Shown here: positions 14,846-24,083 of the stretch, in pieces
Numbering within the stretch: position 1 is the stretch's first letter
How the letters are laid out: every line of letters begins with the position of its first letter
Source of the DNA: Candidatus Babeliales bacterium
GTDB taxonomy: Bacteria > Babelota > Babeliae > Babelales > Vermiphilaceae
Assembly (NCBI GenBank): GCA_044451405.1
Contig: JBIOKB010000005.1
Location: 1 to 37,402, forward strand
Direction: 5' to 3'
Length of the DNA stretch: 37,402 bases
Program-made: the position numbers and the translations under genes
The notes under the pieces: generated by a model
The model's database searches: none
Told to the model about the DNA's origin: nothing
Seen by the model: the letters and a program-made list of their open reading frames with translations, nothing else

Positions 14846-17412
14846 GCTTTTTCACACCCGACGCGTACTTTGCTATTCTTCCCCTCATACAGCTTAAAAT
14901 AAATTGTTTTAATAACATCAGATGCTATAAAGTACGCAAAGGTAATAATGACAATTTTAAGCAGCTGCATCAGGGTAATAGGTACAAAAAAGAAGGCTCC
15001 TTGTCCCAGATTTGTATAGGGCAATAAAACGCCAACAGCAGCTGTTAACGCAATCATACACGCAAGCAACCATGAAGGTCCTACTGATGTAAATACACTC
15101 CGGCTGGTGCGAATAGAACAAATGAATGCCATCTGCGTGAGAATATTTTCTACAAACCAACCGGTTTGCAATTCTGCTGCTGATAATTTAACAAAGATTG
15201 AAAAGTAGACAAAATCAAACAGCGAACTTACCACACCCAAAATGGTTGCAAGCAGCGCAATCTCTTTTGCATCGTATTGTCCTGCACGCTTTAATTCTTC
15301 TGGCGCAACGTTATCTGTAGCAACAGAAATCATAGGAAAATCAGACATAAAATTAAGAAGTAAAATTTGTACGGGGAGTAGCGGCAGCTGCTCAAGAAGC
15401 ATAGATGCAACAGACAGTGTATAAAAGTTACCAAACGTTGATGATAGCGTTGCACGAATATATTTGAGTGTGTTAGCAAAAATGGTACGCCCTTCAACAA
15501 TACCGTTAACCACAACCATGAGACTTTTTTCTAACAAAATAATATCGGCTGCTTCACGTGCAATATCTGCGGAATCATGCACTGCAAGTGCTACGCGCGC
15601 TTCTTTTAATGCTGGTGCGTCATTCATACCATCACCTAAATACCCAACTTCTTTGTATTCTTGTAATAGATGAATGATCTCAAATTTTTGCTGCGGTGAA
15701 ATGCGTGCAAATACTTTGTGCTTTTTTACTGCAGCTTTTTTTTCAGCCTCTGACATCTTTGCAAATTCACTGCCTATCACTACTGCTTTTGGATCACATA
15801 TAAGACCAATCTGACACGCAACTGCAGAACACACTTCCTTTGCATCGCCACTAATAATTTTGCATTCAATATTATAACGTTGGGCTTTTTCAATAGCGTG
15901 TACCGCTGTTGCTTTAAGCGGATCTTCAAATGCTACGGCACCTATAAAGGTACATTCATCTACTTTTTCAAGCCCTTCATAATCAGCTGCACGTGGCGCT
16001 GTAACTTCTTTTTTTGCAACTGCTAATATGCGATGACCTTTATTTCCTTCTTGCTCAAGCCAGGCGCGTATTGCTTTTTTTTCATCAGTTGAAAGTACAC
16101 AGCGTTCAATTAAAAATTCTGCTGCGCCACGAATGACTAGCTCATGAGCATCTTGCTTTTTTACTAATACTGCATCACTTCGCTTAATAGGATCAAAGGG
16201 GAATTCTGCAATGCGTTCATATGATTCAAGTTGTTTTTTAGTTTGCGTATCAAGCGCCTGATACAAAGCGATATCAAATCCTTTAAGGCTTGCAACATTT
16301 TTACCGGTAAAGCTTCCTGATAGATTCTCGTATACAATAGTATGCTGTGAATCGGAACCGTACACATTGCGTACACTTAATTTATTTTCAGTAAGCGTAC
16401 CTGTTTTATCAGCGCATAAAATTTCTATGTTGCCCAAATCTTCAATAGCCGATAGCCGCTTTACCACCGTTTTATGGCGCGCTAAGCGCAATGCACCTTG
16501 CGAAAGTGCAAAGGTAGTTACAATAGGCAATGCTTCAGGTATTACTGATACTGCAAGTGCTGCTGAAAACAGAACGAGCTCAACTAAATCAACCTTGCCA
16601 TCTTTTACGATAAGATTCACCGTAAATATAATGATGATGGAAATAAGCATCATACGCAAAATAAAGCGACTAAATTTTCCGATAAAAAGTGAAAAACTGC
16701 TCACCCGTTCAGTGGTGACCGTTAAGCTTGCAATGGCACCTAATGCACCACGAGTGCCTGTTGCAATAATAACGCCTACCCCTTTTCCGCTAATAACGGT
16801 AGTACCTGAAAATACGATATTGGTTGCTTCAAAAAGTTGTGTGGTAGCTTGCGCAAGTGCATCTACTTGTTTTACTACGGGAATTGATTCACCCGTTAAT
16901 AATGATTCATCAATTTTAAGATTTTGTGCACGTATAATACGCATGTCAGCAGGAATAATATCTCCAGGATACATGAGCACAATATCACCGGGAACTAACT
17001 CTTCTTGTGGTATTTTACCCTCGGTACCATTACGGATCACCGTAACATAATTAACCAAATATTTTTTTAAAAATTGCAGCGCTTTATCAGCCCGATATTC
17101 CTGCCAGAAGCCAACAGCCGTATTTACAAACACAATCAGCAGCACCACCGCACCTTCAAGATGATTTTCAAAGAAAAATGAGATGCATGCAACTGCTAAT
17201 AATAAATAAATAAATGGAGACTTAATTTGATGTGCTATGCGATTATACCAATGGGTCTGTTCGCCCGTAATTTTGTTAAGCCCATATTCTTTTTGCCGAT
17301 CCATTGCCTGTTGTTGGGTAAGGCCGCTGGTACTATCACTCTTTAATTGGGCAACTACCGCATCAGCTGATTGATTGGTAAAGGGGGAGAAAACAGCATC
17401 TTGCACATTCAT
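14842..17412 (-). CDS. mgtA: P-type ATPase, probably Mg2+-transporting (MgtA-like)
   Basis: TGES, PEALP, DKTGTLT, GDGMNDAPAL; S.FGN, QILL.N..SD, DNV and QTGWFVE match the P3B Mg2+ subfamily. Confidence 0.85.
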   Translation of the reverse strand: MNVQDAVFSPFTNQSADAVVAQLKSDSTSGLTQQQAMDRQKEYGLNKITGEQTHWYNRIAHQIKSPFIYLLLAVACISFFFENHLEGAVVLLIVFVNTAVGFWQEYRADKALQFLKKYLVNYVTVIRNGTEGKIPQEELVPGDIVLMYPGDIIPADMRIIRAQNLKIDESLLTGESIPVVKQVDALAQATTQLFEATNIVFSGTTVISGKGVGVIIATGTRGALGAIASLTVTTERVSSFSLFIGKFSRFILRMMLISIIIIFTVNLIVKDGKVDLVELVLFSAALAVSVIPEALPIVTTFALSQGALRLARHKTVVKRLSAIEDLGNIEILCADKTGTLTENKLSVRNVYGSDSQHTIVYENLSGSFTGKNVASLKGFDIALYQALDTQTKKQLESYERIAEFPFDPIKRSDAVLVKKQDAHELVIRGAAEFLIERCVLSTDEKKAIRAWLEQEGNKGHRILAVAKKEVTAPRAADYEGLEKVDECTFIGAVAFEDPLKATAVHAIEKAQRYNIECKIISGDAKEVCSAVACQIGLICDPKAVVIGSEFAKMSEAEKKAAVKKHKVFARISPQQKFEIIHLLQEYKEVGYLGDGMNDAPALKEARVALAVHDSADIAREAADIILLEKSLMVVVNGIVEGRTIFANTLKYIRATLSSTFGNFYTLSVASMLLEQLPLLPVQILLLNFMSDFPMISVATDNVAPEELKRAGQYDAKEIALLATILGVVSSLFDFVYFSIFVKLSAAELQTGWFVENILTQMAFICSIRTSRSVFTSVGPSWLLACMIALTAAVGVLLPYTNLGQGAFFFVPITLMQLLKIVIITFAYFIASDVIKTIYFKLYEGKNSKVRVGCEKA

Positions 17413-17561
17413 TACAACATCCTTTTAAGAACATCAAACACATGGAATACAAATATACATCGTTACCATACACAGAAATTTTCTCCTGAGTAAATCATTG
17501 ACTTGAAGTAAGCAAACAGGGAATTATGCGTACATAGTATTGTATAACAATGAGGAATATT

Positions 17562-19898
17562 ATGAAAACACAATATCACATAACGTTATGTGCGCTATTC
17601 TTACATAGTGGCACCATGTTACACGCAGCAAAAGGATATGTAACCAACAATTCTGGCAACAGTGTGAGCGTTTTTGATACCACTACAAATAAAGTGACTA
17701 ACATAGTAAACGATCCGCAAGCAACGATTAATAGCCCTAATCAGCTTGCTATCACACCGAATGGAACAAAAGCCTATGTAGTTAATAGTAATGGAACTAC
17801 CGACAATGGATCAGTAAGTATTATTAATGTTGCAAATGATACGGTCATACAAAAAGTAACCGATTTAAGCACACCAACATTTGACCGCCCACAAGCCATA
17901 GCAATTACACCTAATGGAGCGTTCGCCTATGTAACAAATGCAAATAATAATAGTGTGAGTATTATTGATATTTCAACCAATTCAGTCATAGGTACCGTAA
18001 CAGATCTTTTCCCCACGACATTATCCTCCCCTCTGGGTATTGCTATAACTCCCGATGGCGCTACCGCGTATGTAGTTAATACTGGTAATGACACGGTAAG
18101 TGTTGTTAATCTTAAAACAAATAAAGTAACGGAAACCGTAGCCACTCCAAATTTTGCTACTCCCTTTTATATTGCCATCACACCAAGCGGCCAATTTGCC
18201 TATGTTACTAATAATGGAAACAATACCGTAAGTATTATTAATATTGCTAATAATGCCACTCAAGGATTGGTTACTGATATAGGTACGTTTAATGTACCTT
18301 TTGATGTTGCTATTACACCCAATGGTCTTACGGCCTATGTAAGCAATGCAGGAGTAGTAAGCGTTATTAATGTTAAAACTAATACCGTAACGCAAACAGT
18401 AACCAGCTACCCTCACACTGACCCCCAAGGCATAGCATTTACCCAAGATTCAACTATTGCATACATCGCTGATGAAGGAGGACGAAATCCGAGTTTTGTA
18501 GGTATTGTTGATGTCACAAATAATACCCTAACGCCCCAAGGATCGGTAACTGATCTAACACCAGCAACATTTAGTGATGCAATCTTTATTGCTATTGTCC
18601 CCGCGCAAGTTCCACAACCAACACCACCTTCAGCAAAAGTATATGTAACCAATGAAATTGGTAATAGCGTGAGCATTTTTAATACAAGCACTAATGTCGT
18701 TACGGGTACCGTAACTGATCTGATACCAGCAACATTTAACAATCCTACACAAATTGCAGTTACCCCTAATGGCAAAACGGCATATGTAATTAATACAACT
18801 CATCTTACTCTTGTTTCAACTATTTCTGTCATCAACGTTGCTACTAATGCAGTGACACAAAAAGTAACTGATTTGAGCCCCCATACATTTCAAGATTCTC
18901 AAGATATTGCAATTACACCTGATGGAACAACGGCGTATGTAACTAATTTTGGCAATAATAGCGTGAGTGTTATTAACCTTACCAGTAACAGTGTGACACA
19001 AACCGTAACTGGCACCTTTAATGGCCCTACTGGCATAGCGATTAATTCTGCTGGAACATTTGCTTATGTAACTAATAATACGGGCAATACCGTAAGCGTC
19101 ATTAATCTCAGTAGCAATACGGTCATACAAACAATAACGTCAGCCGATTTTAATGGACCACAGTTTATTGCCATCGCCCCTAATGGTTTTGCCTATGTAA
19201 CTAACAATACGGGCAATACGGTAAGCATTATTGATCTTTCTAACAATACGGTAATCGGAATTGTTACTGATCCTCACCAGTTTCTTAGTGGTCCATTTGC
19301 AATTGCTATCAATCCTAATGGAACAACCGCCTATGTAACGAATCAAACTACGTATAGGGTTGTTGCTATTAATCTTTCTAATAATACGGTAATAGGACCG
19401 ATAGGTGATCCTAACTTTAATTTGCCGGTTGGTGTAGCCTTTACGAGCGATGGCAGTGTTGCGTATGTGGCTAATGCTAATAGTGATACGGTAAGCATTA
19501 TCAATACTGCTTTAAATAGCGTAACACTTATGGGCGTAGTAAGCGATCCAGATCACACATTTAACTTCCCTCAATTTATTGTTGTCATTCCTATACCAGC
19601 TTCAACTTCATCGATCTTCTTAAGTGGAACACAAAATAAAAATATCTTTTTAACGCAAACCGATTATATCAATATTATAACGTGGATTAGGCCAACCAAT
19701 GTAACGCCAGTTACCTATAAGCTCTACCGTAATGCAGCACTCACTACTCTTGCTGGTACTGTTGCTGCAACTGCCCCTTTACAATTTGTAGATCACAATC
19801 GTAATCCGAAGCTCAACTATACCTACTATCTTGTAGCGGTCGATGCAGCCGGTACCAGTACCTTGCTTGGCAATGTTACCGTTAATGGGAAAATATAA
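17562..19898 (+). CDS. Secreted double YVTN beta-propeller protein with C-terminal Ig/FN3-like domain (paralog C)
   Basis: About 14 YVTN repeats in two sets joined by VPAQVPQPTPPS; same NIFLTQTDYIN...DHNRNPKL.YTYYLVAVD domain; GAGGA RBS before ATG 17562. Confidence 0.92.
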   Translation: MKTQYHITLCALFLHSGTMLHAAKGYVTNNSGNSVSVFDTTTNKVTNIVNDPQATINSPNQLAITPNGTKAYVVNSNGTTDNGSVSIINVANDTVIQKVTDLSTPTFDRPQAIAITPNGAFAYVTNANNNSVSIIDISTNSVIGTVTDLFPTTLSSPLGIAITPDGATAYVVNTGNDTVSVVNLKTNKVTETVATPNFATPFYIAITPSGQFAYVTNNGNNTVSIINIANNATQGLVTDIGTFNVPFDVAITPNGLTAYVSNAGVVSVINVKTNTVTQTVTSYPHTDPQGIAFTQDSTIAYIADEGGRNPSFVGIVDVTNNTLTPQGSVTDLTPATFSDAIFIAIVPAQVPQPTPPSAKVYVTNEIGNSVSIFNTSTNVVTGTVTDLIPATFNNPTQIAVTPNGKTAYVINTTHLTLVSTISVINVATNAVTQKVTDLSPHTFQDSQDIAITPDGTTAYVTNFGNNSVSVINLTSNSVTQTVTGTFNGPTGIAINSAGTFAYVTNNTGNTVSVINLSSNTVIQTITSADFNGPQFIAIAPNGFAYVTNNTGNTVSIIDLSNNTVIGIVTDPHQFLSGPFAIAINPNGTTAYVTNQTTYRVVAINLSNNTVIGPIGDPNFNLPVGVAFTSDGSVAYVANANSDTVSIINTALNSVTLMGVVSDPDHTFNFPQFIVVIPIPASTSSIFLSGTQNKNIFLTQTDYINIITWIRPTNVTPVTYKLYRNAALTTLAGTVAATAPLQFVDHNRNPKLNYTYYLVAVDAAGTSTLLGNVTVNGKI

Positions 19899-19900
19899 AG

Positions 19901-19938
19901 ATTTTTGAAGAGGTGTCGCAATACACCTCTTCAAAAAT
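19901..19938. terminator. 16-bp perfect hairpin just after the paralog C stop
   Basis: ATTTTTGAAGAGGTGT / ACACCTCTTCAAAAAT, 6-nt loop; no long U-tail. Confidence 0.65.
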
Positions 19939-19995
19939 TTACTTACTCTTCACCAAGACAAAGCGCTGTCTTACCGCCATCTGATTTTGAATCAT
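19939..19995 (-). CDS. Possible 18-aa small ORF or gene remnant
   Basis: GGGGAGA RBS, MIQNQMAVRQRFVLVKSK-stop ending at the hairpin. Confidence 0.25.
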   Translation of the reverse strand: MIQNQMAVRQRFVLVKSK

Positions 19996-20118
19996 AGTAA
20001 TTCTCCCCGCTATTAATACACGATGGATAATCACTATAACCGACGTGGGGCAAATTGTTTACTGCATAGAATCCCTTTCTGTACAGTAATAGGAGGGATT
20101 ACTATCTAGGGGGGACTT

Positions 20119-20622
20119 ATGAACTATATGCGCTATGCGCTCGTATTTTTATGTATTTATTGTTATCCAATTAACACAGATCGTGAAGCATATCGTTATT
20201 GTGTAACACATCCTGATACCTTTATTGGCATTGTATGGCCGATTAATCCAGGAAATGATGAAACGATCAAAAAGATACTCAGACAGTATGGCACTATACA
20301 CTATCAAAAGAATGTTCGTCTTACGTATAACCAGGCATTTGAACTACTACAAAAAACACATCGGCGTATTACTGACATGAAAGAACATGTACGGTGGTAT
20401 TTTCCTGATGACACGTTTAAAAAACCCGCACGTATTTTTGTGCTTACCTTTAATAATGCAGACACCGCGGTACTGTGTAAGCATGCAATTCGTCATCGAT
20501 TTATCAATCTGCAGTATCGCTCAATTCATATTAATGATACGCATGAAGAAACTGTTGAATTAGCCAGATTTTTCTTTAGAACTAAAGGACGCTATGTGTA
20601 CCGGAATTCGATTAAAAGCTGA
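20119..20622 (+). CDS. Hypothetical protein, divergent nucleoside diphosphate kinase-like fold
   Basis: By-eye colinearity with NDK motifs, including RSIHINDTHEETVELARFFF; hydrophobic N-terminus. Confidence 0.6.
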   Translation: MNYMRYALVFLCIYCYPINTDREAYRYCVTHPDTFIGIVWPINPGNDETIKKILRQYGTIHYQKNVRLTYNQAFELLQKTHRRITDMKEHVRWYFPDDTFKKPARIFVLTFNNADTAVLCKHAIRHRFINLQYRSIHINDTHEETVELARFFFRTKGRYVYRNSIKS

Positions 20623-21622
20623 TAATGGCGCCATTATCTATGCACGCACATTAGAATTTGCACAAGATATTGATTCAGAAATTTGCATACTCCCACGCGG
20701 CTACCACTGCGCTGGCACCACACCTCAGGGGATAGGTACTGGCTTGCAATGGCAAACCCGTTATGCTGTTGTTGGTGCTAACGCGTGCCATGAAATTGGG
20801 GTAATTGATGGCGTTAATGAACATGGTCTTGCAGGCGGATTATTTTATTTTTCCAACTATGCACAATATCAACCTATGTCTGACCCATCAAAAACTCTTG
20901 CACCATGGGAACTCATGACCTACATACTTACCACCTGCGCTACAATTGAACAGGTGCGTGCACTACTACCAACCATCACGGTAACTGATGTGCTCTTTGA
21001 ACCGTGGCGGAGTAGCATTCCACTGCACGCTATTGTTCATGATAGCAGTGGTAAGAGCCTTGTTATCGAATATGTGCAGGGCAAACTTACTATGCATGAT
21101 GATCCATTAGGGGTGATTACTAACGCACCAACCTTTGATTGGCATATCACCAATTTGGACAACTATCTTAATTTGTCACCCTATAACCCAGCTTTCGCCA
21201 AGGCTTCAGCGGGCACGCACAACCCAAATACACAAGAACCTGCCCCTTTAGGACAAGGATCTGGCATGCTCGGCCTTCCAGGCGATTTTACTTCCCCATC
21301 ACGCTTTGTTAGAGCAGTTGCTTTTAGCACAAACGTTGTTGATATACCAACTGAAAACGCCGCACGTGATGCAGCTTTTCATCTGTTAAATCTGTTTGAT
21401 ATACCGCATGGCTCCATACGGGAGCACGAGGATCATGAGATTATGTATGAGCGCACGCAGTGGACGTCATGCGTTGATCTACGCAACAAACGCTACTATT
21501 GGCATACCTACGCAACACGGCAATTGCAGATGGTCGATCTTATGCGCGCAGATCTTACTGCCAAAGAAGCTGTTATTATCCCGATGGAAGCCAAAGAGGT
21601 TATCGTTGATAGAACGCCTTAA
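20594..21622 (+). CDS. Choloylglycine hydrolase / penicillin V acylase family Ntn hydrolase
   Basis: N-terminal MCT nucleophile, ARTLEF, DGVNEHGL, ITNAPTFDWH, GLPGDFTSPSRFVRA. Confidence 0.95.
   Translation: MCTGIRLKADNGAIIYARTLEFAQDIDSEICILPRGYHCAGTTPQGIGTGLQWQTRYAVVGANACHEIGVIDGVNEHGLAGGLFYFSNYAQYQPMSDPSKTLAPWELMTYILTTCATIEQVRALLPTITVTDVLFEPWRSSIPLHAIVHDSSGKSLVIEYVQGKLTMHDDPLGVITNAPTFDWHITNLDNYLNLSPYNPAFAKASAGTHNPNTQEPAPLGQGSGMLGLPGDFTSPSRFVRAVAFSTNVVDIPTENAARDAAFHLLNLFDIPHGSIREHEDHEIMYERTQWTSCVDLRNKRYYWHTYATRQLQMVDLMRADLTAKEAVIIPMEAKEVIVDRTP
21187..21218 (+). repeat. Palindromic REP-like element, copy 2, in frame inside the hydrolase (AFAKASAGT)
   Basis: CCCAGCT-TTC-GCC-AA-GGC-TTC-AGCGGG-CACGC; same layout as 3160-3218. 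Confidence 0.65.
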
Positions 21623-21625
21623 ATG

Positions 21626-21931
21626 TTATGCCACTTCATTCATATTATGTTGGCACACTAACGTGCCGATAGGCCACAGTAATGTTAACAACAAAAAGTA
21701 TGTAACCGTCTGGCTCTTGTTTTTAAGAACGTAGATAGAAAAAGCTTCAGCAAACCGATATAAAAAATAGAAATTAACAAAAGGGATTATAAACAACCAC
21801 GCGCTGGGAATATTGCCGCCCATGGCATTAATCTCTTGTTTAGTCTTTACAATCCAATACACGTTATAAATAGTAAGAGTAAGTAGCGTAAATATACTCA
21901 TTTCAACTAAACTGCGGTGCGTGACGTTCAT
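21626..21931 (-). CDS. DUF4234-like small membrane protein
   Basis: RS......TLLTLTIY..YW..KT..E and IPFVN.YF.Y pattern; AAGGAG RBS. Confidence 0.75.
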   Translation of the reverse strand: MNVTHRSLVEMSIFTLLTLTIYNVYWIVKTKQEINAMGGNIPSAWLFIIPFVNFYFLYRFAEAFSIYVLKNKSQTVTYFLLLTLLWPIGTLVCQHNMNEVA

Positions 21932-22011
21932 TCCTCTCTCCTTATTTGCTAGTATTGTATCCTCAGATAATTTTATAGTACTACACCTGATATAAAAATT
22001 AGAACTATACT

Positions 22012-22443
22012 ATGCCAAAACATGTGCACACATTTCTTACGTCCCTTATACCAAGCCAGGAAAACTGGAAAGTACACTTACTCAGCAATTGGCAGACGAT
22101 CATGGGAAATTTGCACACCAAAGTGCAACTAGAAAAAATCTATGACGATACGTTGATACTTGGCGTTCATAATGCCGCATGGCTCCAAGAACTCTATCTC
22201 CTTTCACCCATGCTCCTTGCAACTATTAATCAAAAACTAGACCAGCCACGTATAAAACATCTACGCTTTAAACAAGCAGGCACGCGTATAGACCAGAGAA
22301 AAAAAAGTGACGTATCAATTAAACACCATACGCACGTGACGCTCACCCAAGAAGAACAGGCGGCATTACATAAAATGAAGGATCCTCACTTGCGTGATGC
22401 CTTAAAAGCGTTTCTTATTCGTTGTTATCAGGAGAAAACATGA
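22012..22443 (+). CDS. dciA: DUF721/DciA family protein
   Basis: W..IMG, L.LGV.NAAWLQEL, I..LRF followed by a basic extension. Confidence 0.8.
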   Translation: MPKHVHTFLTSLIPSQENWKVHLLSNWQTIMGNLHTKVQLEKIYDDTLILGVHNAAWLQELYLLSPMLLATINQKLDQPRIKHLRFKQAGTRIDQRKKSDVSIKHHTHVTLTQEEQAALHKMKDPHLRDALKAFLIRCYQEKT

Positions 22444-24083
22444 AGCATATATGGAGTGGTATTGTTCTTACCAGTGGTTTACTACACGCAACACCCGCCC
22501 AAGATATTCATCGTTATTTGTGGGCAAATTACAATCAATTTGGTGGCAATCAAACCATGGCAGCTCAATGGTACACCAATCTTATAAATGCCAACGCTCC
22601 CCTGTATATGTACAAAGGTTATATTACTTTTTTATATGACACCCATAATGTACAACAGATTGTTCTTTTAATGCCAAAGCTCCAAGAGGCGTTTAGCAAT
22701 GATCCTGATATACAACTGCTGTTTGCCCGTGCGTTAGATCAAGTAGGCAAGCATGAGCAAGCAGCAGCTATGATTATTCGTCTGAGTAATACATTTAAAA
22801 CGAATGCTGAAATTGTGTTTCAAGCCGCATCGTTATACATACAACGTAAAGAACCAAAAAATGCGCTAAAAATTATTGATGATTTACTCAATAACTCTCC
22901 CAGAAAACCAAATAATTTTATTTTTTATTTTTTAAAGGCTCAAATATTAGTAAGCCTTAACCAACTTAAAGAAGCACTTAAAAACGTAAAATTATGTCTT
23001 GAAATGTATCCACAATTTGACAAAGGCTGGCTCATGCGCGCCTTACTTGAAGAACAGCTCGGCCAACTTGATGAAGCAGTTAAAGGATTTTCTACATTCT
23101 TAGGAGTAAGTGCCACACCTAATAAAGAAATTGAACAACACCTTACGCAATTACTCTATAAACAAAAAATAGAACAAAAAAGACTTGATAGCCTCATGCT
23201 TAATAAATCATGCCTTGAAAAGGCACTGATACTCGCAGATCAAAAACAGTATCATCAGGCATTAAAACACTTAGATATCTGCAGTGAAGAACAACCGAAC
23301 GATGCAGATGTATACTTACTTAAAATTCAGATTCTTATGTCATTACAGGAATATGCTCAAGCAGCACACATCATCAAAGAACGACTCACAAAAGAACCTC
23401 ATAATGAATTATGGTATCAAACACTCCATTTAATCTGCCGCAATGGTCTTACCATGCAAAAAGCTATCGCTCTCTTAGGAGATGTGGCAACAAAAAACCC
23501 TGATCTTTTACTCCCCTACCTATATCTTGCTGATCTTCATATACGATCAGATCAAAAAGATTCTGCACTCTTAAACCTTACAAAAGCAGCTGAACGTGCC
23601 AGCGACCCCCAATTAAAGGTAAAAATTTTATTCCAGATGGGAGTACTGTATTATCAGCACGATGCTATGGATGCTATGGTGAAGGTTCTTGAGCAGGGTA
23701 TGAACCTTAACTCAGAATTCCCTCCCTTGCTTAACCTACTTGCCTATCACTATGCCACCCAGGGCTCTGATCTTACCAAAGCCCAAAAGCTTATTTCAAA
23801 AGCGCTCGGCAAACAGCCCCATAATCCCCACTTTATAGATACTCAGGCTGTTATATACTATCAACAGACACACTATACAAAGGCTTTAGAACTCTTGCAG
23901 AGCGCCATAAAACAGGTACCCTTAGATATAATGGTTCTTAAACATATGGGGCAAACCTATTATCGGCTCGGCAACCACCAAAAAGCACGTGAAACCCTTA
24001 CCAAAGCATTGAGCGTAGCCACGACGGATGAAGAAAAGAATATGTGTACTAATCTATTAAAAAGCTGGGAACTCCCTTCATGA
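22440..24083 (+). CDS. Exported tetratricopeptide-repeat protein
   Basis: Signal peptide, many TPRs, LN.LAY.YA...L.KA...P.N..FIDT motif; AGGAG RBS and ATGA overlap with dciA. Confidence 0.88.
   Translation: MKHIWSGIVLTSGLLHATPAQDIHRYLWANYNQFGGNQTMAAQWYTNLINANAPLYMYKGYITFLYDTHNVQQIVLLMPKLQEAFSNDPDIQLLFARALDQVGKHEQAAAMIIRLSNTFKTNAEIVFQAASLYIQRKEPKNALKIIDDLLNNSPRKPNNFIFYFLKAQILVSLNQLKEALKNVKLCLEMYPQFDKGWLMRALLEEQLGQLDEAVKGFSTFLGVSATPNKEIEQHLTQLLYKQKIEQKRLDSLMLNKSCLEKALILADQKQYHQALKHLDICSEEQPNDADVYLLKIQILMSLQEYAQAAHIIKERLTKEPHNELWYQTLHLICRNGLTMQKAIALLGDVATKNPDLLLPYLYLADLHIRSDQKDSALLNLTKAAERASDPQLKVKILFQMGVLYYQHDAMDAMVKVLEQGMNLNSEFPPLLNLLAYHYATQGSDLTKAQKLISKALGKQPHNPHFIDTQAVIYYQQTHYTKALELLQSAIKQVPLDIMVLKHMGQTYYRLGNHQKARETLTKALSVATTDEEKNMCTNLLKSWELPS

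Noticed and set aside
16367-17050. 227-aa plus-strand ORF
   Set aside because: Antisense shadow of the P-type ATPase
17413-17561. Mg2+-sensing leader (MgtL peptide or M-box) upstream of the P-type ATPase
   Set aside because: No proline-rich leader ORF or M-box-like structure visible in this short divergent region
17562-19898. Periodic ~130-bp motifs resembling a CRISPR array
   Set aside because: They are degenerate in-frame protein repeats; no identical repeats with unique spacers and no cas genes
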